Positions 27,701 through 34,016 of a stretch of DNA of 34,016 bases are shown here, one piece after another (within the stretch, counting starts at the first letter, position 1; the number at the start of each line of letters is the position of its first letter). The DNA comes from Nitrospirota bacterium (GTDB lineage: Bacteria > Nitrospirota > UBA9217), in the NCBI GenBank assembly GCA_029858565.1, contig JAOUEV010000039.1, positions 1 to 34,016 on the forward strand, read 5' to 3'. The notes beneath the pieces were generated by a model. The model searched no databases. It had not been told where the DNA came from and saw nothing but the letters and a program-made list of their open reading frames with translations. The translations under genes and the position numbers were made by a program.

Positions 27701-27911
27701 GTTCCTCAGGATGCTCGAAAGCCGCATGCGCATCGTCGCGAACCAGTCGACCAGTCTGCTCACCAGGGATCCAGGCAAGGCAGGCCCGCTTGCCCGGCGG
27801 CTCGGGTACAAGGACCGGGAAGGGGATTCGGCGGGGAAGCAGCTGCTTGAAGAGTATGCGAGCACAAGCAGGAAGGTACGTGAGATCTTCGAGCGGGTCG
27901 TGAAAAGCTAA
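24777..27911 (+). CDS. glnE: Bifunctional glutamine synthetase adenylyltransferase/adenylyl-removing enzyme
   Basis: Two nucleotidyltransferase domains (GKLGGGELNFSSDVDL; GKLGGREIIYGSDLD), VDLRLRPEG / VDTRLRPTG, WER, KLGYGGIREIEF. Confidence 0.97.
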   Translation: MRNDNEIPIDLSDLESTGIADAKQANVNLGQIRQRIGDGSFAEMLQPIIAGLRHSGDPDMALNHLERFLAELDPPSLLLDAVTKRPPFLTMLLTLFGASRFLSSYAISIADATLVRLSDPAYLAAPAEHELLEKRLSGLLAGLSREGDILQAMRRFRKDEMLRIGLRDLLGMADLSETVSELSALAEVTLQAAYAWADENLTKRYGTPGTEDADGRRSSVGFAIIGMGKLGGGELNFSSDVDLMYVYGAEGETEGVVNEDGARTNRITNHQYFIKLGEMVSSAIGRNTEEGFVFRVDLRLRPEGQRGPLAQSLSGYEIYYESWGQTWERSALIKARRVAGDEVVGQEFEGRILPFIYRKYLDFSSIAEIRDMKQKINREVQLKGKTHRDVKLGYGGIREIEFLVQALQLIYGGRDRTLRERGTMKALHILSQKGLLTYEETRDLLKAYVFLRTVEHRLQMLNDLQTQTLPTADAELRTLARRTGYLRTGSETTDLLRDYHEHARKVRNIYDQLLDQPNAPGEAPEKQDFSILLEPDTTEQEAIEVLGRYGFRDTRKAHRNITLLREGQAFTHQTPRSRRAFVELFPQLFREVVGSPDPDMALNHLEAYLGAQGSWDSFQSVMRQDPRTLPVLVSVFGSSEYFSRMLVRTPALVEDHADATAAGGSIGAMACRRNLQEAIDKAVTITDKLDALRYFKKREELHIGMADLSGSLPPRQVWKALSRLAEACLSAALRLAVVETQKRYGGSSENGEFPGLAVAAAGKLGGREIIYGSDLDILFVYDETRALPPPPGLTVFEHMSRVAEKVISYLTSMTREGAAYRVDTRLRPTGQKGPLVQSIEAFRTYFTGQAETWERQALISLRATAGDTVVGSRLEDILRDLIYRNSEPAALAADVRNMRKRMQTELAKEDANQYDIKQGVGGLVDIDFTAQYLLLLHGREHARLKAPGTINALKGLQKERLLSTEDARTLINAYVFLRMLESRMRIVANQSTSLLTRDPGKAGPLARRLGYKDREGDSAGKQLLEEYASTSRKVREIFERVVKS

Positions 27912-28024
27912 TAGGTGCAGTAAAACCTGCCGGTTATCGCAGAATTAAATACAGCATCTCAGCATTCTCGTATTTACCCTCACTTGTTCACCTGTCAAAA
28001 AATAGACACAAAAAATAGATAGCC

Positions 28025-28053
28025 TTGACTCTCCATTGGAAACTCTATATACT
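28025..28053 (+). promoter_or_regulatory. Near-consensus sigma70 promoter with upstream A-tracts
   Basis: TTGACT-17 nt-TATACT; CAAAAAATAGA twice upstream (27996 and 28009). Confidence 0.75.
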
Positions 28054-28076
28054 CGTCCCACAAAGTGCACCCTTCC

Positions 28077-28092
28077 TGGCATCATAATTGCT
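28077..28092 (+). promoter_or_regulatory. Sigma54 (-24/-12) promoter motif
   Basis: TGGCATCATAATTGCT = GG-N10-GC, matching TGGCAY-N5-TTGCW. Confidence 0.6.
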
Positions 28093-28151
28093 AAATTCGA
28101 TAAGAACGAAAATCCGTGCTTTCCTATACGGTTTATGAATAGATATACACA

Positions 28152-29203
28152 TTAGGCGTACAAAGACACACATAGGAGAACTAATGATAAATTTGATAAT
28201 AAAGGCACTTCCCCTAGCGGACATAATGTTGATGCCGCTCGTTTACCCAGCCGCATGGCTACTGAAAAATATTCGCAAAGCCGGAGTACACAGGTTACCG
28301 CTCTGCAAGAGTGCATTGATGAAGGTAGGCGTATTCCCAATTCGCAATCACTACTACGAGCCACAATTTGACAACCGGAATCCGAGGCCAGATTTTTCTC
28401 AAGACAGAAATTTGCAAGGAATAGACTGGAACATTCCAGAACAGTTGAAACTGCTTGGTTCATTTACATTTTCCCATGAACTTTTGGGCCTTACAAAAGC
28501 AAAACAGGACTCACTGGAGTTTTATTTAAACAACGGCGCGTTTGAGTCAGGAGATGCTGAGTATTGGTATCAAATAATTCGCGCCATTAAACCAAAGAGA
28601 ATAGTTGAGATTGGTAGTGGAAACTCCACTTTAATGGCAGTTAAGGCCATCAACAAGAACCGCAAGGAAGATCCAAGTTACAAATGCGAGCATGTTTGTA
28701 TTGAACCTTATGAAATGCCTTGGCTTGAGAAAGCTGGAGTATCTGTAATCAGAAAAAAAGTTGAGGAAGTTGATTTATCATTCTTTTCTCAACTACAAGA
28801 AAACGACATCTTGTTTATTGACTCGTCACACATTATACGCCCACAGGGTGATGTTCTTTTTGAACATCTCGAACTGCTTCCGTCTCTCAATAAAGGTGTA
28901 ATCGTTCATGTTCATGATATCTTTTCTCCTAAGAATTATCGAAAGGAATGGTTGACTGACGAGGTTAGGTTTTGGAACGAACAATATTTGCTTGAGGCGT
29001 TTCTTTCGCACAATAGCAGCTGGAGAATTATCGGCGCTTTAAATTTTCTGCATCATAATCACTACGAAGAATTTAAAATGGCAGCGCCGTTCTTATCACC
29101 TGAACGAGAACCTGGGTCATTCTATATTCAAAAAATCGCCTAACAAGGCGCTGCACCGGACGGCAATTGCACTCCGCTCCATTGCCGCCGGTGAGCTTGG
29201 TCG
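28152..29203 (+). mobile_element. Integron gene cassette carrying a methyltransferase (1052 bp)
   Basis: Starts TTAGGC (28152), complementary to GCCTAA of the downstream attC; single AT-rich ORF whose stop codon lies in the R'' box. Confidence 0.85.
28184..29143 (+). CDS. Class I SAM-dependent methyltransferase (Methyltransf_24-like)
   Basis: AGGAG RBS; VEIGSGNST, LFIDSSH, HVHDIF, WNEQY; visibly AT-rich relative to the host genes. Confidence 0.9.
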   Translation: MINLIIKALPLADIMLMPLVYPAAWLLKNIRKAGVHRLPLCKSALMKVGVFPIRNHYYEPQFDNRNPRPDFSQDRNLQGIDWNIPEQLKLLGSFTFSHELLGLTKAKQDSLEFYLNNGAFESGDAEYWYQIIRAIKPKRIVEIGSGNSTLMAVKAINKNRKEDPSYKCEHVCIEPYEMPWLEKAGVSVIRKKVEEVDLSFFSQLQENDILFIDSSHIIRPQGDVLFEHLELLPSLNKGVIVHVHDIFSPKNYRKEWLTDEVRFWNEQYLLEAFLSHNSSWRIIGALNFLHHNHYEEFKMAAPFLSPEREPGSFYIQKIA

Positions 29204-29209
29204 TTGCAT
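29138..29209 (+). mobile_element. attC recombination site (72 bp)
   Basis: R'' GCCTAAC, 5-nt spacer AAGGC, arm GCT(G)CACCGG(A)CGGCAAT pairing with ATTGCCGCCGGTGAGC (two extrahelical bases), 6-nt spacer TTGGTC, R' GTTGCAT. Confidence 0.9.
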
Positions 29210-29221
29210 GGGAGTCTAGTC

Positions 29222-29395
29222 ATGCTTAATAGAATTTATTTAATAGTTTTTCTGCTCGCCGTATCCATAGCAATGCACTTTTTCCCCACCATAAAAGAAT
29301 CCAACGCCCAGGATTCTTCTCTTTCAACCTTTGAACCAGGTAATGCTTCTAATTTCGTTCAGCCATCCTTGAAAAATAAAAAGCAAATTCATTAG
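29222..29395 (+). pseudogene. Second cassette gene (secreted protein) truncated by an IS end
   Basis: GGGAG RBS right after attC; signal-peptide-like N-terminus; the stop codon is supplied by the IS end CATTAG. Confidence 0.6.
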
Positions 29396-29609
29396 TGTCC
29401 GGTAAAAACTAAAAAGGCATGGCCTGATTCCTTGTCTTGTTAGATAATAGAGTTATCCCTAACACTATTACTACAAGGAGGAACAAGCCATGCGCTAGTT
29501 GGAGACGATCTTCGGTGAGCTGCTGAAACTCATACCGAGATATAAGTTCGACAAAGCTGTACAGCAGTACCAGGGAGACAGATACGCCAAGTCCTACACG
29601 ATGTGGCAT
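29390..29609 (+). mobile_element. Left-end remnant of an IS4-family element (DUF4372 transposase N-terminus)
   Basis: End sequence CATTAGTGTCCGGTAAAAA; AAGGAGG then ATG CGC TAG TTG...: MR*LETIFGELLKLIPRYKFDKAVQQYQGDRYAKSYTMW resembles DUF4372; right boundary approximate. Confidence 0.75.
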
Positions 29610-29741
29610 CTTCTTGGATTAAGCGCCAAAATCCGTTTATTGGCAATATGTCACTGCTACAGAAAGAGCGACGAGGTTGTCAGGATCATAACCGCGCGAA
29701 AAGCAACCCGCAACGAGCAGAAACGTTATTGGGAAAGGTGA
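29610..29741 (+). pseudogene. brnT: 3' half of a BrnT-family toxin gene, fused in frame to the transposase fragment
   Basis: LLGLSAKIRLLAICHCYRKSDEVVRIITARKATRNEQKRY carries the RII(S/T)ARKA signature. Confidence 0.8.
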
Positions 29742-29747
29742 GGGAAG

Positions 29748-29999
29748 ATGAGAAAAGAATACGACTTTTCAAAAGCAGTGAAAAATCCCTACGCGAGCAG
29801 ACTCAAACGTCAAGTAACGCTCAGGATGGATGAGGGTACGATCAGTTATTTTAAGAAACTGGCCGAGGAAATCGGTGTGCCCTATCAGACCCTCATCAAT
29901 CTCTATCTGAGGGATTGCGCCGCGTCTCATAAGAAACTGGCGCTTCACTGGAAAACTGCTTTGCTCATGCCAGGGTGGGTCCTTCCTGGCACGCAATGA
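29748..29999 (+). CDS. brnA: BrnA-family antitoxin (ribbon-helix-helix)
   Basis: MRKEYDFSKAVKNPY, VTLRMD, YFK, GVPYQTLINLYLRDC. Confidence 0.88.
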   Translation: MRKEYDFSKAVKNPYASRLKRQVTLRMDEGTISYFKKLAEEIGVPYQTLINLYLRDCAASHKKLALHWKTALLMPGWVLPGTQ

Positions 30000-30049
30000 C
30001 CAAACAAATGAACGGGAAGAATGACGACAGCGGCGCGAACATGGCCGGG

Positions 30050-30090
30050 CCGGGAAATTGGCTTGACACACCGGGAAATTGGTTCTTGAC
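30050..30090 (+). repeat. Direct repeat CCGGGAAATTGG x2 (21-bp period), each followed by CTTGAC
   Basis: Copies at 30050-30061 and 30071-30082. Confidence 0.8.
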
Positions 30091-30140
30091 TCGACCATAT
30101 CTTTGCGTTATTCTCCTCCATTCATCAAAGAGGAGTCCTT

Positions 30141-30950
30141 GTGAAGAAAGTTTTTCTGGCCCTGCTGACCTCAGTCCTGCTGCTCAGTGCATGCGGAGGG
30201 AACGATCATAGCGGCATCCGTGCGACCGGCGTCCTTACCGTGAACGGTTCCGGATGGAACGGTTCCGTGCTCGTGGGGGCGCAGCGCATCTACGCCTTCT
30301 CCAACATCGTCGCGAACAACCGCTACACGGTCCGGACCATGATCTCGCCCGGAGGCACGCTGGAGGGTAAGATCTACGCAAGCGAGGCCGACTACAAGAA
30401 CAACGCCGCTCCCATCGCGTCGCTTCTTGCCGACACGGTCTCGACCCATGTTTATGAGGTCTTTTTCCAGGCGCCTTCCACGGGTACGTACTATATCGCC
30501 ATGAGCGGCACGCCGAACAGCACCAACGACTCGCAGTTCTTCTACGACCTTCGCATAATGTCGGCGGACGCCCTTACGAGCTTTGCCACGACAACGGTCC
30601 CGGCGAGCAACACCGAGTTCATTCAGGCGGGTTATGTAAAGATCTACAGCGGCGTCACTGTTACCCCCGCGGGGACCTATACGGTCTCGGTCACGTCCAA
30701 GTCCACGACCACGATAGGGAATCCCCAGATTTTCATCTATAACGACGAAAAGCTGACCATCCCGTCGCTGCTCTATTCCGCCATCAGCTCGACCATGGAT
30801 TACACGGTGAACACGATCGTGAGCGGCGTTTCCACCAGCGTCTCGTCCCAGACCAACTCGATCCCCAATGTACCCTTTACCTCGGCAGGTCCTTTTATCC
30901 TGCTGAAGGGCAACAGCGCGATCGACTACACCATCACGGTCGGACCGTAA
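30141..30950 (+). CDS. Ser/Thr-rich beta-strand lipoprotein of unknown function
   Basis: GAGGAG RBS; lipobox LSAC; motifs TGTYYIAM and AGTYTVSV suggest two PPC-like beta-sandwich units. Confidence 0.8.
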   Translation: MKKVFLALLTSVLLLSACGGNDHSGIRATGVLTVNGSGWNGSVLVGAQRIYAFSNIVANNRYTVRTMISPGGTLEGKIYASEADYKNNAAPIASLLADTVSTHVYEVFFQAPSTGTYYIAMSGTPNSTNDSQFFYDLRIMSADALTSFATTTVPASNTEFIQAGYVKIYSGVTVTPAGTYTVSVTSKSTTTIGNPQIFIYNDEKLTIPSLLYSAISSTMDYTVNTIVSGVSTSVSSQTNSIPNVPFTSAGPFILLKGNSAIDYTITVGP

Positions 30951-30961
30951 TAATCCCCATT

Positions 30962-31052
30962 TGTCATTGCGAGGAGCGTTTTCGCGACGCGGCAATCCCG
31001 TCTTTTTGATCAAGACGAACTACGAGATTGCTTCGCTTCGCTCGCAATGACA
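30962..31052. repeat. 91-bp palindromic REP/MITE-like element
   Basis: 12-bp terminal inverted repeat TGTCATTGCGAG / CTCGCAATGACA; inner pair GCAATC / GATTGC. Confidence 0.8.
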
Positions 31053-31098
31053 GAATTGAACTTGTTTAGCTGTCTCGAGATGTTTTCTCAGGCTTCCT

Positions 31099-32013
31099 AT
31101 GACCCTGTCAGAACTGAGACCCTTCCTCGCGCTCCGCTATCTGCCGACCTGGATCGGCATAGCGGTCATGCGGGCCATTTCTCTGCTGCCCATGCCTGCC
31201 ATCTGGCTTCTCGGCTCAGGACTCGGCTCTCTGGTCGGGATGTTCCCGTCGAAGCTCAAGAAGATCGCAGCGATCAACATCAGAATATGTTTTCCCGAAC
31301 GGACCGATGCCGAGCGCGCAAGCCTGCTGAGACGGCATTTCCGGGTGCTCGGCGTTTCCATCCTGTCCTACGGTCTTGGATGGTGGTCGTCCGCTGAACG
31401 GCTGAGAAAACTGGTCCATTTTCGCGATCGCCATCATTACGATCAGGCTGTTGCCTCGGGCAGGAACATCATCCTCTTTTCTCCCCACTTCCTGGCGCTC
31501 GATATCAGCGGGATAACCCTGAGCAGCGAGCGGCCCATGGTCTCCATGTACCGCGCGCCCAGGAACGGCCTGCTTGACGCCATGCTCCGGAAACGGGGGC
31601 GGTTCGGCGCCCTGGTGTTCGAGCGCAAGGACAACCTCAAGGCCCTGATCCGGCTCATACGGGAAGGGAAGCCGTTCTACTATCTGCCTGATCAGGACCC
31701 GGGCGGAGCTGACGCGGTATTTGTTCCGTTCTTCGGCATGCCCGCGGCAACGGTCACGGCCTTCAGCCGCATCGCGGTCATGACGAACGCCCTGGTCATC
31801 CCGTGCTATAACCGCATCCTGCCCTGGGGCAGGGGGTTCGAGGTACGTTTCGAGGCCCCGCTGGCCGGGTATCCCAGTGATGATCCTGTGCAGGACGCCC
31901 GCAGAATGAACGAATCCATTGAAAAGGTGATCCGCCAGTACCCGGACCAGTATCTCTGGTCCTACAGAAGGTTCAAGACACGTCCTGCTGGTGAATCCTC
32001 TTTGTATAGGTGA
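31099..32013 (+). CDS. Lipid A biosynthesis lauroyl/palmitoleoyl acyltransferase (LpxL/HtrB family)
   Basis: HFLALD (H-x4-D), YLPDQD, FVPFFG, PDQYLWSYRRFKTRP. Confidence 0.9.
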   Translation: MTLSELRPFLALRYLPTWIGIAVMRAISLLPMPAIWLLGSGLGSLVGMFPSKLKKIAAINIRICFPERTDAERASLLRRHFRVLGVSILSYGLGWWSSAERLRKLVHFRDRHHYDQAVASGRNIILFSPHFLALDISGITLSSERPMVSMYRAPRNGLLDAMLRKRGRFGALVFERKDNLKALIRLIREGKPFYYLPDQDPGGADAVFVPFFGMPAATVTAFSRIAVMTNALVIPCYNRILPWGRGFEVRFEAPLAGYPSDDPVQDARRMNESIEKVIRQYPDQYLWSYRRFKTRPAGESSLYR

Positions 32014-32092
32014 CCTTCGGCTGAAACGCGACTGCCGCGGTCCGTCATAAGCTATTTTTATAGTTTCTTTGTATGTTTTAATGCTCCATCCT

Positions 32093-32135
32093 GTCATTTT
32101 TCTTGACGAAACTCCGTCATTATAATAACATGACG
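32093..32135 (+). promoter_or_regulatory. Sigma70 promoter overlapped by TGAC/GTCA inverted half-sites
   Basis: TTGACG (32103)-17 nt-TAACAT (32126); TGACG-N6-CGTCA at 32104-32119; GTCAT-N9-ATGAC at 32116-32134. Confidence 0.5.
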
Positions 32136-32236
32136 AGCTGCTTGCAAAATGAAACACCATGATTGCATTCAGCACCACTGTTGGACCTAATCGCTCAATT
32201 TCCATATATTTCTTGCAAGGAGGACAGGGACAGGAA

Positions 32237-33250
32237 ATGGTATCTCGTAATGTTTTCTTAGCGGTCCTTATGGTTGTCATGTTGTTCTCTGCGATGCCGG
32301 TATTGGCATCGTCCGGTGAGCCGGCCCCGGCTGCTGCTGTTGCGGCGAGCAGCCCCACGGCCACGGCACAGGCAGTTGCTCTGACAGATGAGGCGCCGAA
32401 GTCGACCATGCCGTGGTGGGCATGGCCGCTCATTCTCTTTATCGTGACCTTCATCCTCGGGATCATGGCAGTGCTCGGCGGCGTGGGCGGCGGTGTGCTC
32501 TATGTGCCGATCATCGGCGGGTTCTTTCCCTTTAACCTCGATTTCGTCCGCGGCGCCGGTCTCATGGTCGCTCTGGCGGGCGCTCTTGCTGCCGGTCCGG
32601 GCCTGCTGAAGCGCAACCTGGCGAGCCTGAGGCTGGCCCTGCCTGTGGCCTTGATCGCGTCGTCCTCGGCCATCGTGGGCGCCATGATAGGTCTGGCGCT
32701 TCCCCAGAACGTGATCCAGATCGCCCTGGGCGGCACCATCCTGGGCATCGTGGCCATCATGCTCATGGCCGGCAAGTCGGACTTCCCGAATGTGAAGGCC
32801 GACAAACTGTCCCAGTCGCTCGGCATCATGGGTATCTACCGCGAGGAGTCCATCGGCAAGGATGTCGAATGGAACGTCCATAAGACGCTTCCCGGGCTCC
32901 TGATGTTCATCATCATCGGCATCATGGCCGGCATGTTCGGTCTTGGCGCCGGCTGGGCGAACGTCCCGGTGCTGAACCTCATGATGGGCGCGCCGCTCAA
33001 GGTATCTGTGGCAACCAGCAAGTTCCTGCTCTCGATCACCGACACCTCGGCAGCCTGGATTTACATGAACAACGGCGCCGTCCTTCCCATGATGGTGGCG
33101 CCTTCGATCATCGGCATCATGCTCGGCTCCATCGTGGGCGTGAAGATCCTGGCAAAGGCCAAGCCCAAGGCGATCAAGTACATGGTCATCGCCCTGCTGC
33201 TCTTTGCGGGACTTCGCGCGCTCCTGAAGGGGCTCGGGATCTGGAAGTAG
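32237..33250 (+). CDS. Sulfite exporter TauE/SafE family protein
   Basis: GGVGGGVLYVP, AGMFGLGAGWANVP, ATSKF; purine-rich RBS region before ATG 32237. Confidence 0.9.
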   Translation: MVSRNVFLAVLMVVMLFSAMPVLASSGEPAPAAAVAASSPTATAQAVALTDEAPKSTMPWWAWPLILFIVTFILGIMAVLGGVGGGVLYVPIIGGFFPFNLDFVRGAGLMVALAGALAAGPGLLKRNLASLRLALPVALIASSSAIVGAMIGLALPQNVIQIALGGTILGIVAIMLMAGKSDFPNVKADKLSQSLGIMGIYREESIGKDVEWNVHKTLPGLLMFIIIGIMAGMFGLGAGWANVPVLNLMMGAPLKVSVATSKFLLSITDTSAAWIYMNNGAVLPMMVAPSIIGIMLGSIVGVKILAKAKPKAIKYMVIALLLFAGLRALLKGLGIWK

Positions 33251-33301
33251 ACCGGCGTGTCGCGGTAATCGAATACAAGACCATTAACGGAGGAATGCAC
33301 C

Positions 33302-33826
33302 ATGTCGTCCGAGAAGACCAAGGCCAGTGAAGAACAGATAATCTACGCGAACATCCTGAATTACGGCATGATGATCGGGTTCGTGATCCTTACGATCACA
33401 TTCCTGCTCTACGTGTTCGGGGCTTTCAACAACTTTGTGCCCATCGATAAACTGCCGAACTACTGGAAGCTGAAGGTAGGCGACTATCTCTATGTGATGT
33501 CCCAGATCGAGCAGGGCAAGGATGCCGAGGCGGTCGCGCTCATCGAGAAGTGCAAAGCCGAAGGCGGCAAGGCCGAGGAGTGCAAAGAGATCTATGAAAA
33601 GGGCCACAAGATGGCCGGCTGGAGCTGGCTCAAGAACATCTCCAAGGGCGACTACATGAACTTCGTGGGCATCGCGATCCTCGCGGGCCTGACCATCGCC
33701 TGCTACGCCGCCATCATCCCCGCGCTGTTCAGGAAAAAGGATACGGCATACCTTCTCATTGCCATCGCCGAGGTGCTGGTGCTCACGCTTGCGGCAAGCG
33801 GCATACTCAAAGGCGGGGGACATTGA
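33302..33826 (+). CDS. DUF1634-like membrane protein (TauE partner)
   Basis: GGAGG RBS; EQIIYANIL, GWSW...GDYMNFVGIAILA, EVLVLTLAASGIL; typical position after tauE. Confidence 0.8.
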   Translation: MSSEKTKASEEQIIYANILNYGMMIGFVILTITFLLYVFGAFNNFVPIDKLPNYWKLKVGDYLYVMSQIEQGKDAEAVALIEKCKAEGGKAEECKEIYEKGHKMAGWSWLKNISKGDYMNFVGIAILAGLTIACYAAIIPALFRKKDTAYLLIAIAEVLVLTLAASGILKGGGH

Positions 33827-33858
33827 TCGCCTGATCAGCGGAAAACGTATGCTATTTG

Positions 33859-33886
33859 AAGGCGGCTCTTTGAGCCGCCTTTTTTT
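33859..33886 (+). terminator. Rho-independent terminator
   Basis: AAGGCGGCTC-TTT-GAGCCGCCTT followed by a T run. Confidence 0.92.
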
Positions 33887-33889
33887 GTC

Positions 33890-34016
33890 GTGCGCCCAGC
33901 ATGGGCGCACTCCTATGGGTGCAAGTCCCATCGTAAGTTGATCACGACGAACGAAGCGAAGCGCAACTGCATGAGGGCGACCGAGTGTGGGAAGGAAGCG
34001 CAGAGCGAAGTTGCGA
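33890..34016 (+). mobile_element. 5' end (domain I) of a class C group II intron, continuing beyond the window
   Basis: Starts GTGCG (GUGYG) as GTGCGCCCAGCATGGGCGC, then GGGTGCAAGTCCC hairpin; located 3 nt after a terminator U-tract, the known IIC target. Confidence 0.85.

Noticed and set aside
29496-29498. TAG as pyrrolysine or programmed read-through
   Set aside because: It lies in a truncated transposase remnant and no pyl genes are visible; a nonsense mutation is simpler.
29961-29996. Second attC site after brnA
   Set aside because: The hairpin lacks the RYYYAAC and GTTRRRY boxes and the spacer geometry of attC.
32131-32146. Sigma54 promoter for tauE (TGACGAGCTGCTTGCA)
   Set aside because: The invariant GG at -24 is GA.
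1-34016. Selenoprotein genes (in-frame TGA read-through), prompted by selA/selB
   Set aside because: The TGA stops I checked (nadK, caspase, Kelch lipoprotein, amrB, small CxxC protein, phosphoesterase) fall at plausible C-termini and the read-through sequence is not protein-like. A bSECISearch run would be needed to exclude short ones.

Overview
GC-rich bacterial chromosome segment. Gene content suggests an anaerobe such as Nitrospirota or Desulfobacterota (inference). The housekeeping backbone is partial nadK, family-4 UDG, mutS, rplI, dnaB, MEMO1/AmmeMemoRadiSam B, selA-selB, rnr, a PaaI thioesterase, glnE, an lpxL-like acyltransferase and a TauE + DUF1634 pair. Three accessory parts stand out. 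(1) 4443-10961 is a five-gene exported-protein cluster: a TPR-caspase whose catalytic Cys is Ser, a small membrane protein with a Gly/Ser tail ending in Trp, two lipoproteins sharing an unnamed ~100-aa N-terminal module in front of different passenger domains, and a free DUF1566 protein. This is the best candidate for an undescribed surface-assembly system. (2) ~27990-30000 is an AT-rich, integrase-less integron cassette remnant: a methyltransferase cassette with a canonical attC, a cassette broken by an IS4/DUF4372 fragment, and a half-deleted brnT-brnA pair, all behind stacked sigma70 and sigma54 promoter motifs. (3) The 5' end of a class C group II intron sits just after an intrinsic terminator at the right edge. 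All calls come from reading motifs by eye; no database searches were run.
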